From Amphiscolops sp. MND2022 (taxonomy: Eukaryota): 64,000 bases of DNA. The stretch spans positions 30,318,001 through 30,382,000 of the forward strand of contig OZ076409.1 in NCBI GenBank assembly GCA_964187785.1, written 5' to 3'. Below, piece after piece: positions 12,801 through 24,760 of the stretch (positions within the stretch are counted from its first letter, which is position 1; each line of letters opens with the position of its first letter). The notes below the pieces were generated by a model. That model was given only the letters and a program-made list of their open reading frames with translations. It was not told the DNA's origin and ran no database searches. A program made the translations under genes and the position numbers.

Positions 12801-13445
12801 TTGCATTGTCTGTTCAAAATCCACAACTAGCTGGTTTCCTCTTAACTCAAAATCGTAGTAATTTCCTATATGTTGAAGGTTTTACAGCTTGGCTCTAGGA
12901 TTGTCCTCATCACCTTTCTCCTTTATATTTCGCTGAACAATGTTACGATAAAATTCCGGTTAATTACCTTGATACTGTAATGTATGTTGATCCCATTACA
13001 CGCCAAACCTTTGAATATGCAAATCAAATTCCTTGTGAAAACAACCCGCAAAATGTTATTTCTCTTGACCCAGACGCTGATCAATACTATGTTTTAACAC
13101 AACCTATTAAAAAAGACCCTCCTTTACTTTTCGAACCTACTGAAGTACAAGCCGCTATTAGCCCTAACACCTTTACTGCTCAAGATGCTGGCATTTATTC
13201 TCAAAAAGAACTCAAACATTTTTGGAATCGGGTACTTTTTACTAAATACTCTGATAATACTACTCTGCAACTCCTTGGTAAAGCTATTAGCTATGAATTT
13301 ATGAGTAAACAATCTTCTGCACTTTTTCCAGACAATCCATATAGATCTCTCCGAATTGGTCTTCATGACTATATGTTAAATTTGACTCCATTTTCCTCCC
13401 CCGATTGGTTCACTGATGCTTTCAATAAACTTTTTGTTTATCCCT
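9806..13445 (+). mobile_element. Gypsy family A, copy A1, 5' surviving part (pol-env spacer and env up to the A2 insertion); 5'-truncated
   Basis: Colinear with the reverse complement of about 23080-19750 (A2) from attatatttcctccagacc onward. No LTR, gag or pol upstream. Confidence 0.9.
10060..13445 (+). pseudogene. env: A1 env (decayed): hydrophobic leader, S/T/P-rich region, class III-like fusion ectodomain
   Basis: Fragments 11495-12046 (SHYDCSKQHNLRHISLTRVQPC), 12281-12898 (ICEVERNQLLTILALSVQNPQLAGFLL) and 12980-13486 (YVDPITRQTFEYANQIPC), with frameshifts and stops. Confidence 0.85.
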
Positions 13446-13782
13446 TGGTATACCCACCAATTCTTAATAATCCCCCACCCCACTGATGAATGTCTAGACG
13501 TTAGATTACTGAACAATGCATCCTTGATGATTGTACCTAATTTATATTCCCGACGTATCTCAAATTGATGTACCTACTTTGGATTCAATACTATAAATTC
13601 ATACTGTAAAATCATTTTGATTTTTACTACCAACACAACGCTAAATTGATTCTTCATCGCTCAGTTGTCTTCCCATTTCTAGACCTAATATCTGCAGCTT
13701 TATTAGTGTCTCTCAAAGTACTAAGTCCCCAAATCTCAAATAAAGATTCTATCCTAACTTACCAACAACAAGAAGTACTTTA
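13446..13782 (+). repeat. A2 5' LTR (TG...TA)
   Basis: Same length as 31023-31359, about 27 substitutions and no indels by hand alignment. Followed by AC and then TGGTGCGACC. Confidence 0.92.
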
Positions 13783-13784
13783 AC

Positions 13785-13797
13785 TGGTGCGACCAAT
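13785..13797 (+). promoter_or_regulatory. Primer-binding site TGGTGCGACCAAT of A2
   Basis: TGG start 2 nt after the LTR end. The identical 13-mer occurs at the B-element LTR junctions. Cognate tRNA not identified. Confidence 0.85.
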
Positions 13798-14753
13798 TCT
13801 CAACTCTTTCTTTCCTTCATTTCCTTGTTTCTGTACTAATCACACACAAGTGATTCGACAATTTGTTGGTACAACATTTCTTCTGTACTAATCACACTTT
13901 CTCCTCCTTTCTGTACTAATCACATCTCAGTGATTGAGCTACGTGCTGGTACATCAATCCTTTCTGTACTAATCGCTTCTCCAAGTGATTCAGCTTCACG
14001 CTGGTACACAATTCCTCCTTTTAATAACTCAACTTTTTCATACACTTAAATTCTATTTATATCAATAAATTACTTTCCTTTTCTTTTCTCTTTTCGCATC
14101 TTTCATGCCTTCTCTTAATGATTCTATTTGCTTTTTTTAAAAATTCTTTTCTATTCTCAAGGCCTCTGTGCTATTGTACTCTTTCTTGTCGACAAATTCA
14201 TCATTGATTTTCTCCCTCGTGATATTGGTAAATACAGATATTAATAACTAACTCTTTCCTCATGTTTCTCACTGGAAATCTTGAAACTATAATTCTTTTC
14301 GTTTCATACATTTTTGCAATGCTCGTTTTCTTAATGCTTCTCATTGAGAAAGTACTCGCATCCCTTTTTCAATAATTTTCTATCCCCTCTTTTCCCATCA
14401 TATTTCCAATTAACCACTTTCTTTCCTCCTAGTCCCCTTTCCTCCTTGTAGTATTCATACCACCTTTTCACCGCTACTCTTTTTTATCATCACTTCCTCT
14501 TTTCCCTCCTTTTCTGCATGAATTCACTTTTTCTCCATTCTAACCCTTTTCTAACATCATTTCAAGTTCTTATAACTCCACTCCTCCGATTCTTTTCGCT
14601 ACTCTATTTTTACTCATCTCTCTACTTCCATTTTCAACATATCCACCTTAAAATCCATCGATATATTAAACCACTCCCTACTGAACCATCCATTCATGCT
14701 GATATCATCTTAGACCGTATTTGGTTACACTTTTATCCTCATCGACATTCTTA

Positions 14754-16868
14754 ATGTCTGATCCTCCATCTCCCCTCATTCCTCTTCCTTTTGTTTGCGA
14801 CAACACCTCTCATCACATTACCCGTGAAATTTCGCGCACCCTCACTATATTTCTTAATTTCATCTATAATTCTACCGCTCCTCTTTCTTTTGAAACCTTC
14901 CCGGAAGATATTTATACAACCCCCCTCATTCGTGAACATCACGACTCTTATTTATATTATATTGACTCCTGATGAACCTCTATTTCCTATTACTTTCGCT
15001 TCTCTCATAAACCATTCTTATACCTTTAGAAAAAACATCTATCCTCATAACATTTATATTCCCTTTGTTCATGTATTTATCTTCTTTCTTAACAACCTCT
15101 AAGAAAAAAAATCTTTTGCCTAAACATGTTTTTAACCCATCCTCAATCCAAACTTTCTTCAAAAGGAATTTTTTTTGACCTTCCTAATATTGAACAATTC
15201 TGCACTATTGACAATAACCCTCACCACTGGCTGACTACTGATGTTCTCCAAAATCATCATTTTCAATACCAATTTGTTCAAAACCTTACTCTTAATGCAA
15301 GTACTAAAGAACAATTTCAAATATACTCTCTTTTCCTTAGAAAATTTTTTAGACATAATTACCACCTGATCTGGCGTTCGAAATTTCAATCAGCTTGCAT
15401 CAATTTCCCTCAACAATTTACTAACGATGAATTTTTACCCTTTAAAGATAACTCTGATAATCACCATCCTCAGTTTTGTAATCTTTTTGAATTCCCTCCC
15501 CTCGTTCCCATTTCACCTACATTACCTATGACTCTAATAGTACTGATAAAAGCCTTAACCGTTCCTCTCCTATTCGTCCTTATGCAAAACAAAACTCTCT
15601 TCCTGCTTCCATCGACACCACTTCTAATGTTTCTCTACAAGCTCTTTCCTCCTCTTCAAATGTAACAGTTATTACAAACCCTGGTACAAATCAAAATTTT
15701 CAGCCCTCTACATCTCAAACTACCACAATCACTACCAACCCTTTTACTTCCCCTACACCCAACCAGTACACTACCCCTGTACTGCTCTCTAATACTGCAC
15801 AACTCCCAGTTTATCAAATTCCAACCATACCTCCAATCCCTCTTTCCTTGAACAATACTCTTACTAATCAACCCCCTACTCAAAATCCTCCAACGTATTT
15901 TCCCCAGAATCCTTCTTTAATTAATCAAAATCTGTAACTATACCGCAAAATCTTTTTAATTCCCAACCTTCTACCTCTAACCTCCCGTCTACGTCATATA
16001 ATCCATATGTCTCACTTCACCCTGGATTTCAAAATTATCCCACAATTTCTTTCCAACCTCCTAATCTTCATCCTAATCCTCTTCCACCATCTACTTCTGC
16101 ATTACCCTTTAACCGTGCTTCCTCCTACCCTCCTCCACTACTTCAAATGACTCCTTCCGTTCCCTTTGCTGCCCTCTCGATGGCTTAGATCACACTTATC
16201 CTCCTGAAATTTTTTTAGCCCATCTTAGTGCTCGTGTAACACTTCAACTTGGTCCCCAACATTATGATCTCCAATCAAATTTAACCTGGCATTCTCGACG
16301 TATGTCCCTCCTCTATTGTTCTTTAACAGAAACTGCCTCTAATTGGAATGATGGCCTCCCACAAGTGTATAAAGATGACTGTTCATCCTTTCTCCAAATT
16401 TTTAAGAAACAATTCTATTCTCAAAAACACGAATACCATGCTCAAATTGAAGCTCTTTCCTTTGTCAAAAAGGATAATGAAAATGTTCGTCACTACGCTC
16501 TCAAAGTTGAAACCCTTGTTAAACAAGGCTGGTATAACGAAGATCCATCCACCAATAACCTTAAATGCAATGAAATGTTCACCCGTGGTCTTCCCAAAAA
16601 ATTAAAAGATTTTGCCAATAAACGCCAAGTTAAACACATTTCAAGTTCGCTGGAACCTTCTATTCTTTTTCACTCTCTTGTCAATATGGTTGACTCTGAA
16701 GACATTACACTCAAGAACTCTCTATTGAAATTAACAATCTTTCCAACACCTTCCAACAAAACACAACTATCCAAGATACGCCACCGGAACCTCCACAAAT
16801 TCAAGCAGTGGATCCTAAAAATAAATCCAAACCCCAATTTAAAAAACTTTTTCTCTTTGCCACAAAAA
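14754..16868 (+). pseudogene. gag: A2 gag, 5' part (long N-terminal extension, P/S/T-rich linker, capsid domain, first half of CCHC knuckle)
   Basis: 16302-16871 has LYCSLTETASNWNDGL..SFLQIFKKQF..ENVRHYALKVETL..FTRGLP, a retrotransposon gag pattern. It ends ...TGC CAC AAA A at the inversion breakpoint. Confidence 0.8.
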
Positions 16869-17332
16869 TAATCGAAATGAAAGAAAAAGAGAAACAGAAC
16901 AAAAGTGTCAGAATGTGAAAGCGAGTAAAGTAATTTTGATAGATGTCAATTAAGACTTGACTTTGAAACAAGAGAAAAAGTGATACAATTTACATTTTCA
17001 AATGGAGAAGAATGCAAAAAAGATAATGAAGGAAGAAATGGAATATTTTGTGGGGGGGATGATTGAGGGATTTTCATTGTCATATGCGAAAGTTTATTCT
17101 AGGAAAATAATTGGGGGGAAACGGAAATGTGAGAGAGATTTACAAAATTTTTGAAAAATTCGAACGAGAAGGAGTTTTAGGGAATTGTGATCGAAAAAAT
17201 TTTGAGGATTTTGGAAAGTTTTCTGACAAAAAAGGGCGTAACCCATAGAACAGAGAAATAAATAGAGTGAGGAGACACGTGTGAAAAGAAAGATAAGAGG
17301 ATGAATTAAGTTGAAGTAAGTTGAGGAGGAGT

Positions 17333-17827
17333 TTAGAGTAAAATAGGTTTTTTAAGGAAATCCTTGACATGATTAGTAGAAAGTGTTAAATTTTGAATAT
17401 CAGTTGAATGAAGTTGGAGCAGAGATTGGAAAGTTCTGTGGGTGGGGGCGAATTCAACATGTGGACGGAAGAGAGTGAGAATTTCACTAACAAATTTATT
17501 TATGGGACAAGAGAAAGAATTGATACACACGTTAGGGTTTGCAGTTTGGAGTACGTACGAAGAAGCGGGCGGAGGAATAAATGTAGGAGGAGGAACAGTG
17601 GAAGGTTCGGAAAAAGTGGATGAAGGATTATGTATAGGTAAAGATTGAATAATTTCGTCAGAGATATTACTTGTTAAGGAGAAGTATTTGTATTGTTTTT
17701 TCAATATAAAAGAGGTGAGTTTAGCGATAATAAAGTTGAGTTGTGCGAGAGAGTAGTGTTTATGAACTAAAGCTGTAAAGAGAGAGCGGGAATGATCATC
17801 TAGTGGTGTTTCTACTAATTTATTCAT
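17333..17827 (-). pseudogene. A2 accessory ORF Y (MNKLVETPLDDHSRSLFTALVHKHYSLAQL...), unknown function
   Basis: ATG-initiated 164-aa frame. Homologue in A1 at 34229-34791 with a conserved N-terminus. Confidence 0.65.
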
Positions 17828-18699
17828 TTTTGGAAAAAAAAGTTTGGAACAGCAGTAGGAATACGTGTGGGGTGTAGAAAATCATCATTTACATTGAGGG
17901 GCTCTTGAGGAACGAATAAAGAGCGAGTAGGGTCATGATAGGTAGTGAGGATATATTATTGTTTGACAGGATCGTAGTTACGGATTGTGCCAATAGTAAA
18001 ATGATTGTTCAAAGAATAATGAGAATGATACAAAAAAGGTGTTGTGAATTTATGGTTTTTAAAAATAAAAAATTTTGAGGGTGTTTTTGTTCTAGAAAAA
18101 GTTGATAAATTTGGTGGTGAAGTTTTTTAACAGAAGGAGTGGTGGTGATATCAATTGGATTGGTATTAAGTTCATGTTGAGTTGGTTTTAAAAAGTTAAA
18201 CTGAAATTGGAAAAAGCGTATGCGTTTAACTTGCCAGAAGGAGAGTTGTTCTAAACTTTTTGAAGCGTAAGGAACATAGTGATAAAAATTACGATCTTGA
18301 GGAAAGCGAAATTTGTATTGAGTAGGAGTCATGTAAAGGGAAGGGAAATTTGCTTTAAAATTAGGATGATTACGAAGAAATTCATCAGACATGGTGTTGG
18401 TTTGGGAGGGAGTTTTTAGCGGATGGAGGGTGGGAGGTAAAATACCAGAATCAATAAATACAGGATCTTCGAGGATATTATATTTTTTTAGGGGGAATAG
18501 GGTGATTATCAATTGTGATGTGGAGATTATTTGGAGGTGGAGTGGGAGAGTGGCGAGTTGGTTCAGGTGTAGGATTAATATCAAGACGGAGTGAATCAGA
18601 TACACTTGGTAGATCAAGAGTTCCAGATTTTAGGGATGGAGGAGGTGATAAAGAAGCAATACTAGAAAGAAATTCTTCGTCAGGATTAGAGGTTGCCAT
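17824..18699 (-). pseudogene. A2 accessory ORF X (MATSNPDEEFLSS...), about 290 aa, unknown function
   Basis: Reconstructed from 18478-18717, 18009-18617 and a C-terminal YHDPT...FQK* segment across frameshifts. Homologue in A1 at 33287-34232. Confidence 0.65.
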
Positions 18700-18997
18700 T
18701 TGGATTATAGAGGACAAAAATATACAAAAGATTTGAAATTGAAGATTATGAGGTTGATGAGTATACGATTGTGCTTTAGGTGTAGAAACGGTTATGTGAG
18801 ATTGAAAAAAAGCGTAAAAGTTGTTTGGGAAGAATGGAGGTGCTTTGGATGTTTAAAAAGTGAGGAAGAGTTACCAAGCGAGAGGCAAGAACGATGAAAA
18901 GTGAATTAGGAAAAATGAATCGGAGTGAAATGAGTAGTAATTAGAAGAGATAAATTATTAAAATTCAGAAGAGAAAAATTATTATTATTATTATTCA

Positions 18998-21900
18998 TTA
19001 TTCAGGGCGAAAACGACAAGAGGAATAGGTTTTGACAGGACTTTCAGACTGATCGAAGATACTATTGAGAGATGTTAACGGAATGTCATTAGATTTAATT
19101 GGTGGTGGAGTAGGGGGATAGGTTTGGGTTGATAGTCATACATTGTGTTTGGGGGAATCATTAGAGGAATTGTCACAATTAGTATCATCAGGAAGAGGAT
19201 AATTATGAAAATATGGAGGGGAAGATAATGGAGGTGATTGGGTGTGACAAGGAGAAAGATTATTATGAGCAGTAATATGTAAATTTTAATTAGGAGGTGG
19301 AGGTGAACAATTTTCATGTACTGGAGGAGTGTTACTAATAGGGTAAGGTTGAGAAAAGGAAGACGAAAGAATTTTAGTACGAGAAGATCTTTGCATGAGC
19401 TTTTTATTTTTTAAACTAACAAGTTTCGTTTTAACATTCGGTTGATAATTAGGAGATTTGGGTTTCGAGTATGAAGATTTGGTATGAGGATTAGAAGGTG
19501 GAGGTTGAGGAGAACCAGAATCTTCAGAATCCGAATGTGAGTCAGATGATTTATTCATGGCAGTCATCATAGTTTGAGTGATGGTGGCAAAAAAACCAAA
19601 TCCAGGTGCGGATATTACAGAGATTTGTTTTTTGAGGAGGTTTTTGACACTAAATGAACGATAAATACTGAGAAGTGTGTTGAAAGCAAATTGTAGGAAG
19701 AGAGCAGTACAAAAGTATATTCCACATTGAGTTAAAATATAACAAGGATAACCAAAAAGTTTGATAAAAGCATCAGTGAACCAATAGAAGCAGAAAAATG
19801 GATTTAAATTTAACATATAGTCATAAAGACCAATTCGAAGAGATCTATATGGATTATCGGAAAGGGGTTCCGAGGATTGTTTATTCATGAATTCATAGCT
19901 AATAGTTTTACCAAGGAGTTGCACAGTATTATCAGAGTGTTTTGTAAAAAATACACGATTCCAAAAAAGTTTGAGTTCTTTTTGAGAATAAATAACAGTG
20001 TCTTGAGCAGTAAAGGTGTTAGGGCTAATAGCGGTTTGTACTTGAGTAGGTTCGAAAAGTGAAGGAGGGTCTTTTTTAATAGGTTGTGGAGTTAAAACAT
20101 AATATTGATAAGTGTCTGGGTCAAGAGAAATAACATTTTGTGGGTTGTTTCCACAAGGAATTTGATTTGCATATTCAAAGGTTTGGCGTGTAATGGGATC
20201 AACATACATTACAGTATCAAGGTAATTAACTGGAATTTTATCGTAACATTGTTCAGCGATATATAAAGCAGAAAGGTGATGAGGACAATCATAGAGCCAG
20301 GCTGTAGAGCCTTCGACATATAAAACGTTACTACGATTTTGAGTTAAGAGGAAACCAGCGAGTTGTGGATTTTTAACAGACATTGCAAGAATTGTTAAGA
20401 GTTGAGTGCGTTCTACTCCACATATAGTATGGAGAGTATCGAGTTCAGCAACAGACATACTTTTAAATACATGGTTAATAGAATAATCAATCTTGGTGTT
20501 AATTTGAGCTTCATAATAATTGGTGACAAAGTTATTGCAAGAGTTTAAAGCAGGAAAAAGAAATTTGTCTTGAGTATGTACTAATTTTCCAGAAATTAAT
20601 TGGGTGGTAAGCTGATTGTATTGATCATTTTGAGGGAGTTGCAGAGCGTTATGTTTACCAGTATGCATGTTAAAAACCTTCTTTAAATGTGATGAAGAGG
20701 TCAGGGTATTGAGTAGTATATAAAAGAGTGGGTTTGTTACAAAACATTTTTTTTCGGGGAAGATTTCGAAACGAGAAAGGCAGGTTTGAGATTTAGTATC
20801 ATGATAAGGGGTGTCAGATGAAGTAGTTGAGGTGTGATTGTCAAAAAATGTTCAGTTTCAAGCCAGTAACGGTTATTGAGTTTAGACATTTGTCCAATGA
20901 AAGAATGAATGGAGAAGATTAAACAAAGTTCTTCAGGGAACCAAACAATGGTGAATAGTGTTAAAATGGTAGGTTTGCAAAAACCATCATCATAGAGTCA
21001 AGGTAAGATGTGTCCATGATAAATGAGTTTGTTATCTTTATCGTCATAAGTGATTTCAATTTCTTTTACAATGAGAGACCAACTATCTTTTTCAATATTG
21101 TATTCATTGCGGTCCCAACAGACAGCTTTTTCTTTAAGAGTAGAGTTTAATACTAATTGGGAATTTGCGATCCAGGCAAAAGCACCATAGTGAAAGGTAT
21201 TGAGTTTAGTAATACGAAAAGCAGGTTGTTTAGTTTCAAGGAGGCGTTGTTTTTGAATATCATTAAAGAATGTAAAGGAGTTGCTGTAATTGAAAGCATC
21301 GAGTTGAGGATTATTAGTTCCATTTAGGTGACGGATAGCATGTTTGCATTCCGTAGGGTCAAGATAACGAGGGCGTTCCATCGTCTTCAGATGGTAATCA
21401 GGACGATCATGACGGCGCTATTTATAATCTGATTGAGCACAATAGAATCCACAAGGAAGATGGTCGCTTACAAAAAGACTAAGGTTAGTGGCAATAAAAT
21501 GATGAGGCGAAGATTTAAAATTGACAGTAGTGTGGGAAGGAATTGGATGGGGTCCTAAATTATGGAATTTAGCTCAAATTCCGAATTTATATTCTAGGTT
21601 TGTGTTATCAAGACGGTAAAATTCTTTACGGCGACGTTCATTTGAAACATTAGGATTCGAATTAGGTTTATGGGTAGCAAGATAGAGAAATCTAGGATCT
21701 TGACGAGGACTGTTAACGAGAGTGTCGTTAACAATTAGTGGATAATCGACACGATTAGGTGTACGAGGAGTAGAGTATTGATCAGTAGTTAGGTCAATAT
21801 TAAGCAAATGGCTATCAGATGAAAGAACACTAGGATTTTGGGAGATTGGTTGAGAAAAGAGATGACCAGTTTCGTTTCAAAATGAAAGAGAGGAGCGTTG

Positions 21901-22806
21901 AGAGAAAGCAGTATCAATTCCAGAAGTTGGAATGTTATCAGGAATCGAAAGAGAATCTGTCGAAAAAAATTGGGCGTGGTGTCGTAAAAAAGAAGAGTTT
22001 GTACTTGAGAGAGAAGGAGTAGGACGACGATTATTACGGAGATTATATCTACGGCGAAGTGATTGGCGAATGGTGGTTTCGGAAGTGGTTTCTAGAAGAT
22101 TATCTAAAGAAGAGGTTGTATATTTAGAAGCGGAATTTGAAGGAGGAAGACGTGGATAAAGAAGAAAAAAGTTGTTGAATCAGCTTCACTTAGATCAGAT
22201 TTCTTTTGAAGGGAATCAAACGATTCGAGTGCAGGTAAGGGCTTTAGGTTTTAAGGGAGTGAAGATTGAGATGGAAGATGGGGACAAGGTGGAGGAATTG
22301 GAAGAGTTATCAAATTGAGAACGTCTACGGAAAGACTTGATGGAGGTAGGAATAAGAATAGAGTTACGTGCAGTCGGAATATTTATATTTCTGAGTAAGA
22401 GAGGATCAATATCACTAGGATCAAGGATATGGGGAAGAGAGGGAGGTGGAGAAGGTGTGAGGGTTATGTTAAAAGGAGTTAGAATAAATTCAGTATCAGA
22501 AAGAGGAAGAGTTAAAGAAGTTTGAGTTTGTTGGGGAAATGAAGTTTCAATAGGAGTATGGCGAGGAGTATTGATTGGAGGGTATTTAAAGAGAGAGTTA
22601 CAGGTATAGGGTTGAGGGGAAGGTTGTTGAAAAATTTGTAAAAAATTTTGTGAGGAGGAGATAATATCAGTAGAAACCGAAGAAGAGGTTTGAGAGGTAG
22701 AATCTGTAGAGTCAGTTAAAAAGACAGTGAGATCCAGGATGGAAACAAGGATGAAAAGAGTGAATAAAAATAGAGAAAAATAAGGAGTGGACAAAGAATT
22801 GTACAA
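18998..22806 (-). pseudogene. env: A2 env: signal-like leader, mucin-like region, fusion ectodomain, TM segment, S/P-rich tail
   Basis: 22216-22806 (FSLFLFTLFILVSIL + S/T/P-rich), 20998-21381, and 19286-20668 (460 aa; AWLYDCPHH..EQCYDKIPV..QIPC; TM YILTQCGIYFCTALFLQFAF). The YDC segment present in A1 is deleted here. Confidence 0.87.
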
Positions 22807-23599
22807 TGAATTATACAGAAAGTGTAGTCATGAATTGTAAAGACAAAATTGAAAATAATATTAGTTTTCTTTCGATGGAAGCAACCGTTCAGGTAGAATT
22901 CGTAAACGAAGATTGAAGAAAAGGTTGTTTGAAAACTGTTAGTAACTACATTGTCAAGTGTCAGAATGACTACAAGTCAAGACTAGGGACAATAGGGATA
23001 GTCAGTAAATCTAATTGAGGGATGAATAATAAATTATGGAGGAAAGCTAATGTTAGGTCTGGAGGAAGTATAATTTCGGATGGGGGGGGGGAGGGGGTAG
23101 TGAACGTAAGTTGTGTGGGGAATGATTAGCTCTGGTGTAATTGGGTACAGTTTGTGGGTCGTTTGGAGAAGTTACCGAGGTGTTGGGGGAGTCAGCAATA
23201 CGAAGAAAAGATTGAGAAATAGAATTATTGGATGAGTTTGAATAATAGATGGGATTTGGAAGCATTTCGAAATCAGAGTCAGTAAAATCAAGTGTATTAT
23301 CTAAATTATCTTGTAAAGAAAAAGAAATATGAAAGATTTTGATATTTAGGAGTGGAATCATTTGATACAATTTATCCCTTGAGGAAGTTTGAGTTGGAGA
23401 AGGATCAAGGATTGATTGTGTATCTAATGGAGAAAATTGAGAGAAAGTGTCTTGATAAGAGTCGGTGTCAGGGTTATTGGTAAGGGAAGGAGTAGAGTGG
23501 TATTGTTTGAGGTATAGAAAAATCACAGGTTCTTTTGGATAATATGGTAATATATGATTTCTATGAGTTTTAAAAGTAGAGCCATCTTGAGACATACGT

Positions 23600-24760
23600 T
23601 CATATGTCACGTCAGAAAGGTGTTTCAAGAATCCTAAATGGTCCAAGACGAAAAGGTTTGAATGTTTGTGAAATTTTGACAGGTTTAAAGTTAGTATGAA
23701 TAACGAAGGTATGGAGAGGTAACTGTTTTAGATGGGTTGTTTCATATGTAGAGCTTTGAGAATTTAATTTATGGTTCATAAGGCGGTGAACAGTTGAATA
23801 TATTTCTAACATGGCATATTCAGCAGATAAGAGCCATGAGGCAATAGGTTTATCTAGAAGTGAGTGAAAAAATGGGTTAAGATCTTGAGTACTATAGTGT
23901 GTATGAGAGGGGCGAGAATCGGAATATTATGCTATACATGTTTTGAAGGAGTCACGAGGTAAAATAAGAGAGAGAAGGTTGAAGGAATGCGTTTGGAAAA
24001 AGGATGAGTTTGGAAAACAATCTGATAAGGGAAGAGTTTAGGTTGAGAGATGAGAGTAGTATTATGAGCATAAACATACATTTGAGTATAAAATGACCAA
24101 TTGGTAGGAGGATTTTGTAAAAAAAAAAGACGAAGATGAGTGCCAAGGTTACGATGTTGGACTTCAACTAAACCATTTGTCCAGGGAGAGTATTGAGTAC
24201 GGGGTGAGTGGTTAATATGGCAAAGAGAACATAAATGGGCCATATCTTGATTTGTAAATTCAGTACCTCGATCAGTAACGAGATTTTGTGGGGGTCCAAA
24301 TTTTGTAATCCAATGACGAAGAAGAGTTTGCATTGCATGTTTAGAGGTAATATGAGGAGCTGGATTGGTAACAACAAAGTGGCTAAAAGCATCAATGATA
24401 ACAAAAATATATGAATTGTTATGAAAAGAAGGAGAAATTGGGCCTTTAGTATCCATTGATAATCGGTAATTAAAATGAGTGGCATTTTATTAAATTGGTA
24501 GAGGAGGAAAAATGTTTTGGGGTTTATTAGGAAATTGTTTGTTTGTTTGACATTCAATACAATCATGAATGAAAATAGAGAACCATAAACGAAGATGAGG
24601 AATGTAATAGAATTGGCTGTATGTTTTATTAGAGAGTTTTTCACCAGAGTAACCATGAGACTGGGTTTCATTAGAAGCGGCATAAAAGAGTTTAAATGGT
24701 AAACATATGCGAGTTTGATTAATAGAAGGTTGAGTTTTGATAAAAATTTCTTCGAAGATT
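23600..24760 (-). pseudogene. pol: A2 integrase (HHCC remnant, D,D-35-E core, GPY/F)
   Basis: IIDAFSHF, VTDRGTEF and NGLVE with exactly 35 residues between the second D and E; IHDCIECQ; FKPFRLGPFRI. Confidence 0.93.
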
